DNA of 64,000 nt from Vitrella brassicaformis CCMP3155 (taxonomy: Eukaryota > Protista > Chromerida): NCBI GenBank assembly GCA_001179505.1, contig CDMY01000301.1, positions 1 to 64,000 on the forward strand. Direction: 5' to 3'. A program made the translations under genes and the position numbers. Below the pieces are notes generated by a model. The model did no database searches, was not told where the DNA came from, and saw only the letters and a list, made by a program, of their open reading frames with translations. Shown here in pieces: positions 11,693 through 22,559 of the stretch (positions are counted from its first letter, which is position 1; each line of letters opens with the position of its first letter).

Positions 11693-14670
11693 ATGTCATC
11701 CTCTGCCAGCGCATCCAACGGCGCAGCCGGCGGCGATCAGCAGGGCGACCCTCCTCCTCCCCAGGAGCACACAGAGGAGGAGGGCGGTGCTGGGTCCAAG
11801 AAGGGTGCCAAGAAGGCCGATAAGAAGGCCGCCAAGGAGGCCAGGAAGGCCGAGCGTGAGCAGCAGCAGGCGGCCGCTCATGCGGCCAGCAGCGTGCCGG
11901 ACGACATCTTCGTGGAGGGCAAGTTTGGCCTGCTGCCGGTCATCAGGAGCACCGTCCTGGACAAGCGTCTGTGGAGTGCCGTCAAGGATATCGACAAGCC
12001 CAACGAGGGGCAGTGTGTGTGGATCAGGGCCAGGCTGCAGACCATCAGAAAAAAGAGCAGTGAGTTAGTTGGTTGGACACACAAATCGCCCATGCATATG
12101 CTGGCAGATCTGTCGTGTGGTGTGTATGTGGTGTGCTTATTTGTGCAGACAAGATGGCGTTCATGGTGTTTCGGCAGCAGCTGTGGACCATCCAGGGTGT
12201 CCTGTGTGAAAGCGACGAGGCCCCTGAGATTCCAAAGGACATGATCAAATGGGCTGGCAGGTACGCAGGCAACCTATCGACCTACAACACACAACACACG
12301 GGGTGCCAATCCCATCTGTCTGGCTGTCTGTCGTGTGTGTCTGTGTGTGTGTGACACCACCCGCACCGATCAGCCTGACCCCTGAGTCTGTTGTGGATGT
12401 GTATGGTGCGGTGACGGTTCCGCAGGAGCCTGTCAAGTCCACCACACAGCATTCGGTTGAGCTCAAGGTGCTGCAGCTGTTTTGTGTGAGCAAGGCGGCT
12501 CCCATACTGCCCTTCCAGCTCGAGGACGCCAGCAGATCGGAAATCGAATTCGAAAAGGTGAGGGCGGCAGAGCGGTTTGTATGAGCCGATGTGTGCCCAC
12601 GACTCACTCACTCTCTGTGTGTGTGTGTGTGTGTGTGAGGATCCTGAGTTGGTGCATGTCAACCAGGATGTCCGATTGGATAACCGCATACTCGACCTCA
12701 GGGTATGTGTGCACGAAATCGAAAGGAAGACGCCCACACACTATGCGGTTCATTTCTCTGTCCGTTCACTCGTGTGTGTGTGTGTCTGTTCGCTGCAGAC
12801 GCGGGCCAACCAGGCGATATTCCGTATTGAGTCTATGGTTTGCCAGCTATTCCGCGAGTACCTATACAAGGAGGACTTTGTCGAGATACACACACCCAAA
12901 ATGCTCGGCGGCGCCTCCGAGGGCGGCGCTCAGTGCTTCAGGTTCCAGTACTTCAACCGTAAGTAGCCCACACACAGACACACGTGTGCGCGTGTGCAGC
13001 ATACAAAGAGGTGTATGTGTGTGTGTGTGTGTGTGTCAGAGCCCGCGTGTTTGGCACAGTCCCCCCAGCTGTTTAAGCAGATGGTGCTCTCGGGCGACAT
13101 GAACAGGGTCTTCGAAATCGGTGGGTACCTTTTGCACACCCACCCACACACACCCACACATGCATGCACCTGTGTGTGTGTGTGTGTGTGTGCGTGGTGT
13201 TGCTCTATGGGCCGCAGGTCCCGTGTTCCGCGCCGAGAACTCCTTCACGTATCGTCACTTGTGTGAGTTCACGGGGCTCGACATGGAAATGACCTTCAAC
13301 TTCCACTACTACGAGGTCACCCACTCACACAGACAGACAGACACCGGCCCCTCTCATGTGATGTGATGTGATGTGTGTGGTGTCATGGATGGCTGCAGGT
13401 GTTGGATGTGCTGGAGAAGATGTTCCTCTACATCTTCAAGGGGCTCAACGAACGATGCGCCAACGTACGTGTGGCCCGCCCTCTCTCCGTGTCTTTGTTG
13501 GTGTACACACACGTGTTGTGTGTGTGCAGGAGATAGCTGTGGTGCACGAGCAGTTCCCCGCCGCGCCATTCCAGATCCCCCAGCCACAGGAGGGCGACGA
13601 GGGCGTCCCCAAGGTCCCAAGAATTGAATTCCAGGAGGTCAGTGGGCGGACAGAGGCAGGCGGAGGGGGGGGAGGGATGACCGACAGACACGTGTGGACG
13701 TGGCTGTTCGTGTGGGTGTGATGGATCAGGGTGTGAGGATGTTGCGTGAGGCTGGTACCGAGGGGGTCCCTGACGACATATCGGAATTCGACCTCAGGTA
13801 CCACAGACAGACAGACAGACAACACGGCTCACTATGTCCATCCATCCATCCATCCATCAGCACGACTCAGGAGAAGGCTCTGGGCAAGCTGGTCAAGGAC
13901 AAGTACAACACCGACTTCTACATGCTCGTCAGGTCAGCTCACACACACATTTCACGCATCTGACCGGCTGGTGGGTGCATCTGTTCTGTGCATCCCTCTC
14001 TCTGTGCGTGTATACTGCGTGTAGGTATCCGCTGAAGGTGCGGCCCTTCTACTCGATGCCAGACCCAAATGACGAGGTAGGCCGGCCATGCACACCGCAC
14101 ACGAACCTTGGTAGCTAGGCCTTCTTCTGATCTGATGCACACAGAATTAATGCCGTGCTGTTATCCTGTGTGTGTGTAGACCTTTTCCAATTCGTACGAC
14201 TTCTTCATGCGCGGAGAGGAGATCGTCAGCGGCGCACAGCGGATACACTGCCCTGGTCAGTGAGACAGACAGCACGCCCACCGGCCCAGCCCCTCCACAC
14301 ACGCGCTTGGACATACACCTATGTGTGTGTGTGGTGACTGCAGATCTGCTGGTTGAGCGTGCCCGTGCGTGGGGCATGGAAGTGGACACCATCAAGTCCT
14401 ACATCGACTCGTTCAAGCTGGGGGCATACCCACACGCAGGCTGCGGGGTCGGCCTGGAGAGAGTTGTCATGCTCTTCCTCGGTCGGAAAACACACACACA
14501 CACACACATACACACACACAGCCATCCTGCCATTCGAACAACCAGCCCGGCTGATCGACACGCACGTGTGACGGTTGTTGTCATGTTGTGTGTGTGTAAT
14601 GTGTGCAGGTTTGAACAACGTCCGCAAGACGTCGCTCTTCCCCCGCGACCCCAAGAGGCTCGCACCATGA
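11693..14670 (+). CDS. DARS: Aspartyl-tRNA synthetase, eukaryotic cytosolic type
   Basis: [24 protein letters not shown] (OB fold); [10 protein letters not shown]; [12 protein letters not shown]; [22 protein letters not shown]; [11 protein letters not shown]; [39 protein letters not shown] possible in-frame upstream start lies at 11513. Confidence 0.97.
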
Positions 14671-15100
14671 CTCATCCACACCAACGAGTGGATGGATGGA
14701 TGGATGGTGGCCTGGCCACCTGTGGTGTGGGTGCGGTGTGTGAGCGTGGGAAGGTGTGGGTGGGTGGCGGGGTGCTTGCTCTCTCACTCACATGCACTGC
14801 ACATCTACGTGTGCATGTTTTGATGAAGTGACTACGTGTGCTTCTGTGTCTTGTCCCTGCTGCCATCTGGCTGTCTGTCTGGTGTCTGAGTGAGTCCGTG
14901 ACTGCGGGACTGCGTGAATGTGTGCGTGTGCGTGTAATTCATGGTCAGACGGCAATTCGTGACATTCACGCGTACGGGCGAATCTTGTTTCTGTCAAAAC
15001 GAAACAGTAGTGTCACTCACTGTCCGCCGTACACCACAAAGGAACCAGCCCTCCATGCACCCACTTGCCCTTGTCGAATCTTGACGTGAGTGAGGTGAGG

Positions 15101-17393
15101 TTAGATCTTCTTGGATATGATGGAGTCCTGTTCGATGCCGGCGGTGGTGAGGACGTACGTGTCGAGCTGGTGGGTGGCCGGGAAGTAGTCTATGACGCGG
15201 CAGCCCCGTCAGCGGCCCGCGAAGGGCAGGTGCACCTTGCCCTCCCACTCCTACAGGCACACACGCACACACGAGAGACACAGACATACACAGACATAAA
15301 CATGTTTATGTGTGTTGGTATATTGATGTTTATGTGTGTGTGTGTCTGACGGACCGACGGGGGTGTAAATGCGCCGACTCGGTTGTAGCAGAGCCATATG
15401 TTGGCGGTAGTCTTCTCGTCGCCACGCACCATGCAAGCATCCGAACTGCAGTGCATACACGGCCACCGAGATGGGTACGTTTGCGTGTGTGTGCGCATTG
15501 TACTTACTGGTGGTCATTTCCGCAGAATACGCCGTCGAATTGGTGTTTCTGGAGCTTCTCGTACAGCCCCGTGTCGACGCCATTCAACTTGCGGGCCTTG
15601 CTCAGTATCCCACTCAGCAACTTGCCCTGATATCACTCACAGCCATCCACACATGTGTGTACACACACGCAGAGGGGTGTCGGTGCAGGCGGGCAGCGAT
15701 TCCCTTGCCTCGTTGTTCTCGACTGTGGGCGGGAACTGGCGCAGCGGAATGTGCAGAAACGCCTTCATTGCATATAATACGCACACACAAGCGTGTGTGT
15801 GTCGTCCAGGTGAGTGATTGATTGCGTGCTTACCAGTCTGAGTGCGTCTTTTTCGACCTGTTTGCCTGGGGCGGTGGCGTTCTCTGTCTTGGTGCAGTCG
15901 AAGTGGTCGTCCATGTACTTATCGAACTGAATGCAGGCAAGGAAGGAAGGAGACACAGAGAAGAGCATCCATCCATCCATCCATTTAGCCATCAACAGAC
16001 TAGTCGTTCTTTCCGTGTGTGTGTCTATCAGCGTACGGCAGCCACGACGGCGGGTTCGACCTCGTCTTTCAAACCGTCCTTATTGGCCGGCTTGTCTGCA
16101 CACACACATACATACCATGCAGCGATTGGCGAGGTGCGTGCTGTGGTGTGTTGTCAAGGTACGGACCTCCGTGTGAGTCGAACATGGCCATGAGTATGGT
16201 GCCCTTGACGATGTTAAGCACGTGGTTGAACGACTTCTGCCCGACACTCAAACAGTACTTGGGGTACGCCTACATGCAGAGACGCACAGACATGCACACA
16301 TGGGCGGAAAAATGGATGCGGGCGGCATTAATGTCGTGGCGCCCACCGCGTATATCTCGATCAGCTTGCATCGCTCCCAGTACTCCTCCTTCACGTCATT
16401 CTCGTGGTTGCCTGCGCACAAGCGGGCACGCACTGGTGTCGCTTCCCCGCATCTGTTCGTGTGTGCGGTTTGCGTGCCTGGCACGAAAGTCCAGAGAACT
16501 CCGTATTTCTCGACGTACGAGATGAGCTGCGTCCAGCACTCCATCAGCTGATTCCACTCCGTGCGACCCCTGACACCACAAACACCACACACCACACACA
16601 CGCCCATGCACAAATCGTCCGTGTCCGTGCATATGTCCGCAGGAAGCGCCGAGCTTGCCTTTCGTCGCAGATGTCACCTGCAGGCAGATGCACGGACACA
16701 ACCACAGCCAAGTGTCGGTTGGTCTTCGGCCCCGAGCGTGTTTGTGCACACACCGTCGAATACGACAATCTGCACCCACCCACCCGGCCATAAGACACAC
16801 GCAGAGCAAAGAGAGAAGAAACGTGATGAGAAGTGCGTGTGTCCATGGATTGGATGCACTGCGCGCGTACATCAGGCTTGGCGGTTCGGAGCATGTCCTC
16901 GACGTGCGCCATGGTCCGGTCGTAGGCCTTCATGCCACGGGCATGCTCCTCTCCTACGAAGGTCGTCTTATCCCAATAGTGGCCCTGCATGACAGCTTAG
17001 ACACAGTGGACAATACATTGCATGTGCACACGACGCATGGAGGTGCAGATTTATCTCATCTGCCAACTGTCCTTCGGAAAGGCATCCTCCGGGCTGCATC
17101 AACACACACAATGACAGCAACATCCATCCAGCCATTCATCCAGCCATTAGTTCATCTTCCTGCGCTGACTGGAGTAGGTGCAGGTCGGAAAGAACCATGA
17201 TGCGGATGGTCTTGGCCGTCGCTAGGTGGTCCGTGGACGGCGGGGGCGGCAGCACCACGCGCTTGGTACTCTTGTTTTTGTGGTGGGCGATGAGGGCATC
17301 GGCGTGCACCGTGCCGTCATCAGCCTTGTCGGCCACGCTATCGGCGATGGTCAACACACCCCCAAAAGCAAACAGCAACAAAAAAGCCCTCAT
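15101..17393 (-). CDS. Secreted calcineurin-like metallophosphoesterase (DCR2/PAP29-like) with one in-frame TGA at 15211-15209
   Basis: Signal peptide MRAFLLLFAFGGVLTIA. Motifs IRIMVLSDLH, PDIVVFDGD, WTFVPGNHE, MFDSHG, AFLHIPL, FCGNDHHSDAC..IWLCYNRVG and R*RGCRVIDY. Includes a 16-nt exon (16754-16769) and two GC donors (16658, 16477). Confidence 0.85.
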
Positions 17394-17438
17394 CGTTTTC
17401 CCGGAGCTCCCAGGCTGAATTTACAGCTCGGCTTGCTT

Positions 17439-17829
17439 GGGCATCCTCCTTTCCCCACCCTTCGGGCAGAGATCATGTCCATCCTTCTCCCTCCAGCACC
17501 GCCACAGGAGCTCTCCCCCGAGCCAACCGGGCCAACAGCGCCAGAGAGCAGTACAGAGGCACAAGTCCCGCCCGAAACGAGCGAGCCCACGGCATCTGAA
17601 GCAGCCGCAAATGAGGGCGAAAAGGGTCCGCACAATGGCGTACCACCGCCCCCTCCCCCCCCACCGCCGCCCCCACCCCCTCCCCCACCCGCAGTCGTCA
17701 CTGACTACACCGGTGGGCAGCAGATAGACAGACATGAAACATGTGGCCTGATGGGGGCTTGGGTGGGTATCATGCATGTAAGTGGCGTGTGTGTATGTGT
17801 TTCATTCAGGAATGACCTATGCCATGTGA
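17439..17829 (+). pseudogene. Orphan 3' fragment of the GBF1-type gene (Pro-rich tail, last intron and terminal exon)
   Basis: FPTLRAEIMSILLPPAPPQE..PPPPPP..AVVTDYT|GMTYAM* matches the C-terminus encoded at 47354-47760, but the upstream part of the gene is absent. Confidence 0.85.
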
Positions 17830-18321
17830 TCGATGGATCGATCGAGGCAGCGAGTAGATGAAGCGGCAGGGCCTTGGCAGATAGACAGCCGTAGCTAGCC
17901 TGTTTGAGCACAAGACGCTGCGTTGTCTTAGTGTGGAAGAGGCATGGCATGCGCTTGTGTGCCCTTAGTGCACCCACTCGTGTAGGCCGACAGACAGACA
18001 ATTGACAGTAGATGAAAGAGTGAGTGACTCGATCCTGAGTGGGAGGGGCATGGGGTGGGGTGGGTGGGGTGGGTAATTAGCACTCGCATTCATGCACATC
18101 GCACTTGGCATTGTCACTGTCATTGAACCACGCACGCATGAACACGCGACCATTATGGGCGTCTGTCTATCTATCCGTCACATCCATCCACCCCTCATCA
18201 ATGTATGGATCCACCGAGCCCTCCCTGTCAGCGATCTTGAATGCCTGTACAGGAAGGAAAGCACACATCAAGAAATCACACATGGTTGAGGAGGGCAACG
18301 AGTATGGTCGCTTCCACACCG

Positions 18322-18652
18322 TCATATGTCGATCTTTATCGTGTTGTCTGGTGTTTCGAGGTGCGCCGGGAGGTAGGATGCCATCTCCTGCACGCAGCTG
18401 GATATGTCAGACGCAGTGAGGCGGGTCAGATGCACCAACTCATCCGTCTGAAGGCCACAAATGCATACACCCACACAGGGGCCTCCACAACCAGACTGTG
18501 TCGTCTAGTCGTTGCATCGGAGTGTCTTGTCTGTCTGCCTATTTGGCCCCTCCCACCCACCCATTCAGCGCCCTTGGCGTGCAACTCGAGATGACGGGCC
18601 ACACACAGGGCCGCCGCCTGGGGGCATTTGAGCAACACATGTGTGTGAGTTG

Positions 18653-18684
<32 letters not shown>

Positions 18685-20378
18685 TGTGACTGCGGGCCGA
18701 CGTACTGCGATGATGCGGGGCGTGTACTTGACGAAGGTGAAGGACAACATGGCCAGTTCCTTAAAACAAACGAGACACACGATTCTTCCTTGTTGCGCAT
18801 TCATTCTTCCTGTCTTCCTACCTACCGTGATGCGGTGGGCCAGCTCCAGAGCCTTGGAGCCGGTAGCGAGCCCCGCCGTCTCACTCATGACCTCAACGTA
18901 CGTGTACTCGTTGCCGGTCGCCAAGTTGAAGCCCAAGGCCCTGCCGAGACAGACACAGACAGACAAGATGAAATGGGGTGGTGGCCGTGGACAGTGTATG
19001 TACATCAGTCGACTTTCTGTCTGTCTGTCTATCTGTCTGTCTCATTCCCCTCTCCCTCCCTCCCTCCGTGTCTCCAGTGGTGGCTCCCTCCGCTCACTCG
19101 AAGATGCACCACTCCATATTCTCCAAACACATCTCCGTGTACTTCTTGGGGTTAGCCTTGTTGAGGACCTTGATGTGCTTGGCAGCCACCTGCACCTCGG
19201 CCTCCATCAACTTGGCCCCCAGCCACAGACATCCGTGGGCCACCTGCACTCCATCCATCCGGTGCAGCCAGCCAGCCAGACCAATCAACACAACACAACC
19301 ATTGGGTGGGTGGCGGGGTGGGTGCGGCGAATGTCATGCACACACGATGAATGAGTGCGTGTCAGCCAAGCGAGGCAATGGCCTTTCCTTCCTCTAGCTA
19401 CCGACCTACCAGGTATGTGTTGCTGATGAGTTTGACGCTGTACTTGGTGTTCGCCAGTTTGATGCCGAAGTTGAGATCTTCCCAGCGCAAAACGCTCACT
19501 GTACACAGAACAACAGAGCAGACCAAGCAAGACACAGCGGACAGACAGCACACCATGTACACGCACACACACACGTGTATCTATGAGTGGCTTCACTGCG
19601 TCCCTTCGGTCCCTCCCTCCGTACCTTTGTACCAGAACCTGTCGAACAGACGCATGGCGAAGAAGACGGTGCTAGGGCGCATGTTGAGGCCCGTCACACA
19701 CCCCAGCAGATGCTTAGCAATCCTGACGCGGATCTCGTCCCACGTCGGATCGTCCGGCTCGTAGCGGGTCCAGTCTGCGGGGATGCGAAACAACTCCTGC
19801 ATGGATACAGACAGAGATTGATTGCCACACAAACAAGGCCACACCAGGCAACCGACGAACACCAGTTCAATGCATTCTCGTCTCTCTGCCCTTCTATTTC
19901 TCCGGCTCCCCGCTAGCTGACCTCGTTTTGGGCGTTGCAGAGCATTTGCTGTATCTTTGGGTTCTTGAGGTCCTCCTCCGTGAGCTGTGGACGGACAGAC
20001 TTGCCCGCTGCCTTGCTCTGCCCCGCACTGCCACCCACACTTGGCCCTGCTGTGGTCCTGCGTCTGGCGGCGGCAGAGCTGCTCTTGACCACCTGCATTA
20101 ATTACATGCATGTACACCAGCCAGCAATTGCACCATGCATGCATCTGAATGCATCTGCAGACATGAGGAACCTGAAGCGGCGTGCGCACCTTCTGGCCGG
20201 CCCATTTGTTTTTGGTGGTGGTCTTCTTGGTGCGGACAGGCGCGTCACAGCCCTTTTCGCGCCCCTGATGCAACAATCGCCACACAAACCAAACAGAATC
20301 CATAGAGTGTGAATCCCCCAGGAGTCTGACGCAACATTGCACTGTCGAGGAATAAAACGCCTTGAGGACTGCATCCAT
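18322..20378 (-). CDS. Cyclin-family protein, copy A (reading frame intact in the exons read)
   Basis: Cyclin box NMRPSTVFFAMRLFDRFW..VAHGCLWLGAKLME..CLENMEWCIFEALGFNL; C-terminal fold ELAMLSFTFVKYTPRIIAAAA..W..DELVHLTRLTASDISSCVQEM. Start inferred as MDAVLKAFYSST; an alternative start is MQVVKSS at 20098. Confidence 0.85.
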
Positions 20379-20883
20379 GGTTGTGCGTTCCTTTCTGCAT
20401 TCCCGTTCGTCAGTATGTGCAATGCCATGCATTCACTATGCATTCCTCCCTCACGCACTGACTGCAGCGGTGCATACTCACCTTCCGAACCATGACTGAC
20501 GGACGGTGCACGCAAATTGCTCGCCCAGCTGGAACCCGTCCGCTTTCGACAACCGACACGACGACGATAGTTTGGTTCCAACAACAGAGCAAAGCTTTCT
20601 CCCTTTTCTCACGACCCCAGCTCGCTTCCGCGACGATCGCCTAGCCTGGCCAGTTTGGCCTGGAAGATCTTTTTCTCAGCGACTGGTCTTGAGCTTTCAC
20701 GAAGCAACTGAATAAGCTCAGCGGGACGTTGAAAAAGCCAACCTGCCCTGACTGACTGCGTGTATAACATAAAGGTGTCAACCAAGCAAAGCATCCAACA
20801 TACTGCCCCACTCACGACAGAACAACAGGCCAACACCCCCTTCAGTGGCACCCCCTAATCGATCGTTGTGCAGGACATCATCG

Positions 20884-22559
20884 CTAAGGATACTTAACGC
20901 CAGTCAGCTGCTCCATCTGCGCCCAAAAGGCCGCGCGCACCGACCCGTCCCCACTGAACAGGCGCATGCATGCACGCACACACGGCATCGTACGCAGCCG
21001 TCAAGCTGCTCACATACATCTGTGTACAAATGTGGGTCGGGTGAAAGGCTTACGCAGGCCCTGAAGGCGTGCTAAGGCGTCGACTCACGAAATAGTTGCC
21101 CGTCTCCTTGACGACCTGAGTCGATTCAACCAACCAACCAACCAGACTTGGCGGGCGACGAGCACTGAGTTTACGGATTCATCAATCGCCGCGGGCGGGT
21201 CTATATATAGGATGCTTACGTGGGGGTCGTTGCTGGTTGCCAGCCAGAAGGTGTTGTCGGCCACAGACACGTCGATGCCTACACGCACACGCCAGTCAAC
21301 ATACGGCACAGAAAGAGCTGTTGGTTGCTGCTATCTTTGCTTACCACAAGGGCCCCATCCAGCCAGCAACATTTTGGTGTTCTGGAAGCAGGCAATAAAT
21401 CCACACATGCGTCAATGCGGGGAGGCCTGTACGCACACTGTCATACGCCTCACCACAGTGCCGGGGTCCTGTGTGTGGCACACGATGCCTCTTGACTTGA
21501 GGCGGTCGGCTATCTCCACCGTCAGCAGCACGTCACACAGCTTCGACAACGAATAGGCGGCGTGGTCTGAGTAACCTAACCCACACACGCATACATACAG
21601 GGGTACATGCATCAAGGCTCCAGGGTGGGTGGGTGGTGGGTGTGCCTGACTGCCTGCCCGCCTGCATGTCTGCCGACTGACCTGTGTTGAGTTGGAGGTT
21701 ATTGAGGTCGATTCTGCTGCCCTGCGATATTGATGATGTGATGATGATGCGGCCGGTGTTATCGGGGATGCAGTCGAGCAGATGGCGTGTCAACACGTAC
21801 GGGGCAGCCACGTTCACTGCAAAGGTCTGTCTGGTACATTCATCTATCCATCCCCGCTCATGTTCACGAATGCATTCACGAGTGCCGTGCTGCTGTGCTG
21901 TGAGTGAGTGTACCAATTCCATTGCGTCAGGCGTTTCTTGCCTCCTTTCCTCGAACACCCCGGCATCTACACAGACGCATAAACAGGCGACAGGCGAACA
22001 CCCAAGGGAAAGGTGGTCTGCGCTGCCCGCCCGACTCACTGTTGATGAGCACGTCTATGCGTGGATGATGCTTCTTGATCTCACTCGCAAGTGCCTCCAC
22101 GTTACGCATCACAGACAGATCTGACACCACGCACACAGCACACAGACAAGGCAGGTGTGTCAGCTGCACACGAGTTGCACGGAGCACCCACCAGCGAGAT
22201 AGGCGAAGATGTTGATGTTCTTGGTGGCCCTCACGAGCTCGGCCTTGGCAGCCTCCAGACGCTCGGGGCTTCTGCCTATCAGCCAAGCACACACCGACAC
22301 CAATCACCAACACGGTTAATGTAAGAAGGGCATTACCATGTATGATGACCGTATTGTCTTTGTTTGCGGCGGCCAGCCTGTGTGCTGTGTGTCTGCCGAT
22401 GCCGTCGGTGCTTCCTGTGATGAGGTAGATCTTGCCTTGCTCCGCATTTGCTGCTGCAGCACTCATGGTCAGCGGCGATGAGTAGAGGCGGAAGGCACTC
22501 ACTGGAAGGCGATGCGATGAAAGCGATGCGACAGATAATAGGCGCAACACCAGATGCAT
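20884..22559 (-). CDS. Short-chain dehydrogenase/reductase (retinol dehydrogenase-like) with an organelle-targeting-like N-terminal extension
   Basis: YLITGSTDGIG (TGxxxGxG), RIDVLINNAG, TFAVNVAAPY, YSLSK (YxxxK), DPGTV, ETGNYF, and AAFWAQMEQLTGVKYP*. Leader MHLVLRLLSVASLSSHRLPVSAFRLYSS lacks acidic residues. Confidence 0.9.

Larger units (their letters stand above)
17439..20757. repeat. Inverted segmental duplication, copy A (~3.3 kb; reverse complement of 44392-47761)
   Basis: Colinear reverse-complement identity across exons, introns and flanks. One cyclin exon compared base by base differs at 5 of ~172 nt. Boundaries are approximate (+/-20 nt). Confidence 0.95.

Noticed and set aside
14956-15021. 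SECIS-like GUGA..GA pairing in the phosphoesterase 3' flank (minus strand)
   Set aside because: Only ~5 bp of helix II, no AA motif at the expected distance, and the loop is too long. Not supportable without a SECIS search.
17640-17695. C/G-rich runs here, at 47495-47540 and at 36380-36420 as G-quadruplex elements
   Set aside because: Fully explained by poly-Pro or poly-Gly codons.
17439-20757. Duplicated block as a transposon (Pack-MULE or Helitron type)
   Set aside because: No terminal inverted repeats, target-site duplication, recognisable Helitron ends or transposase seen.
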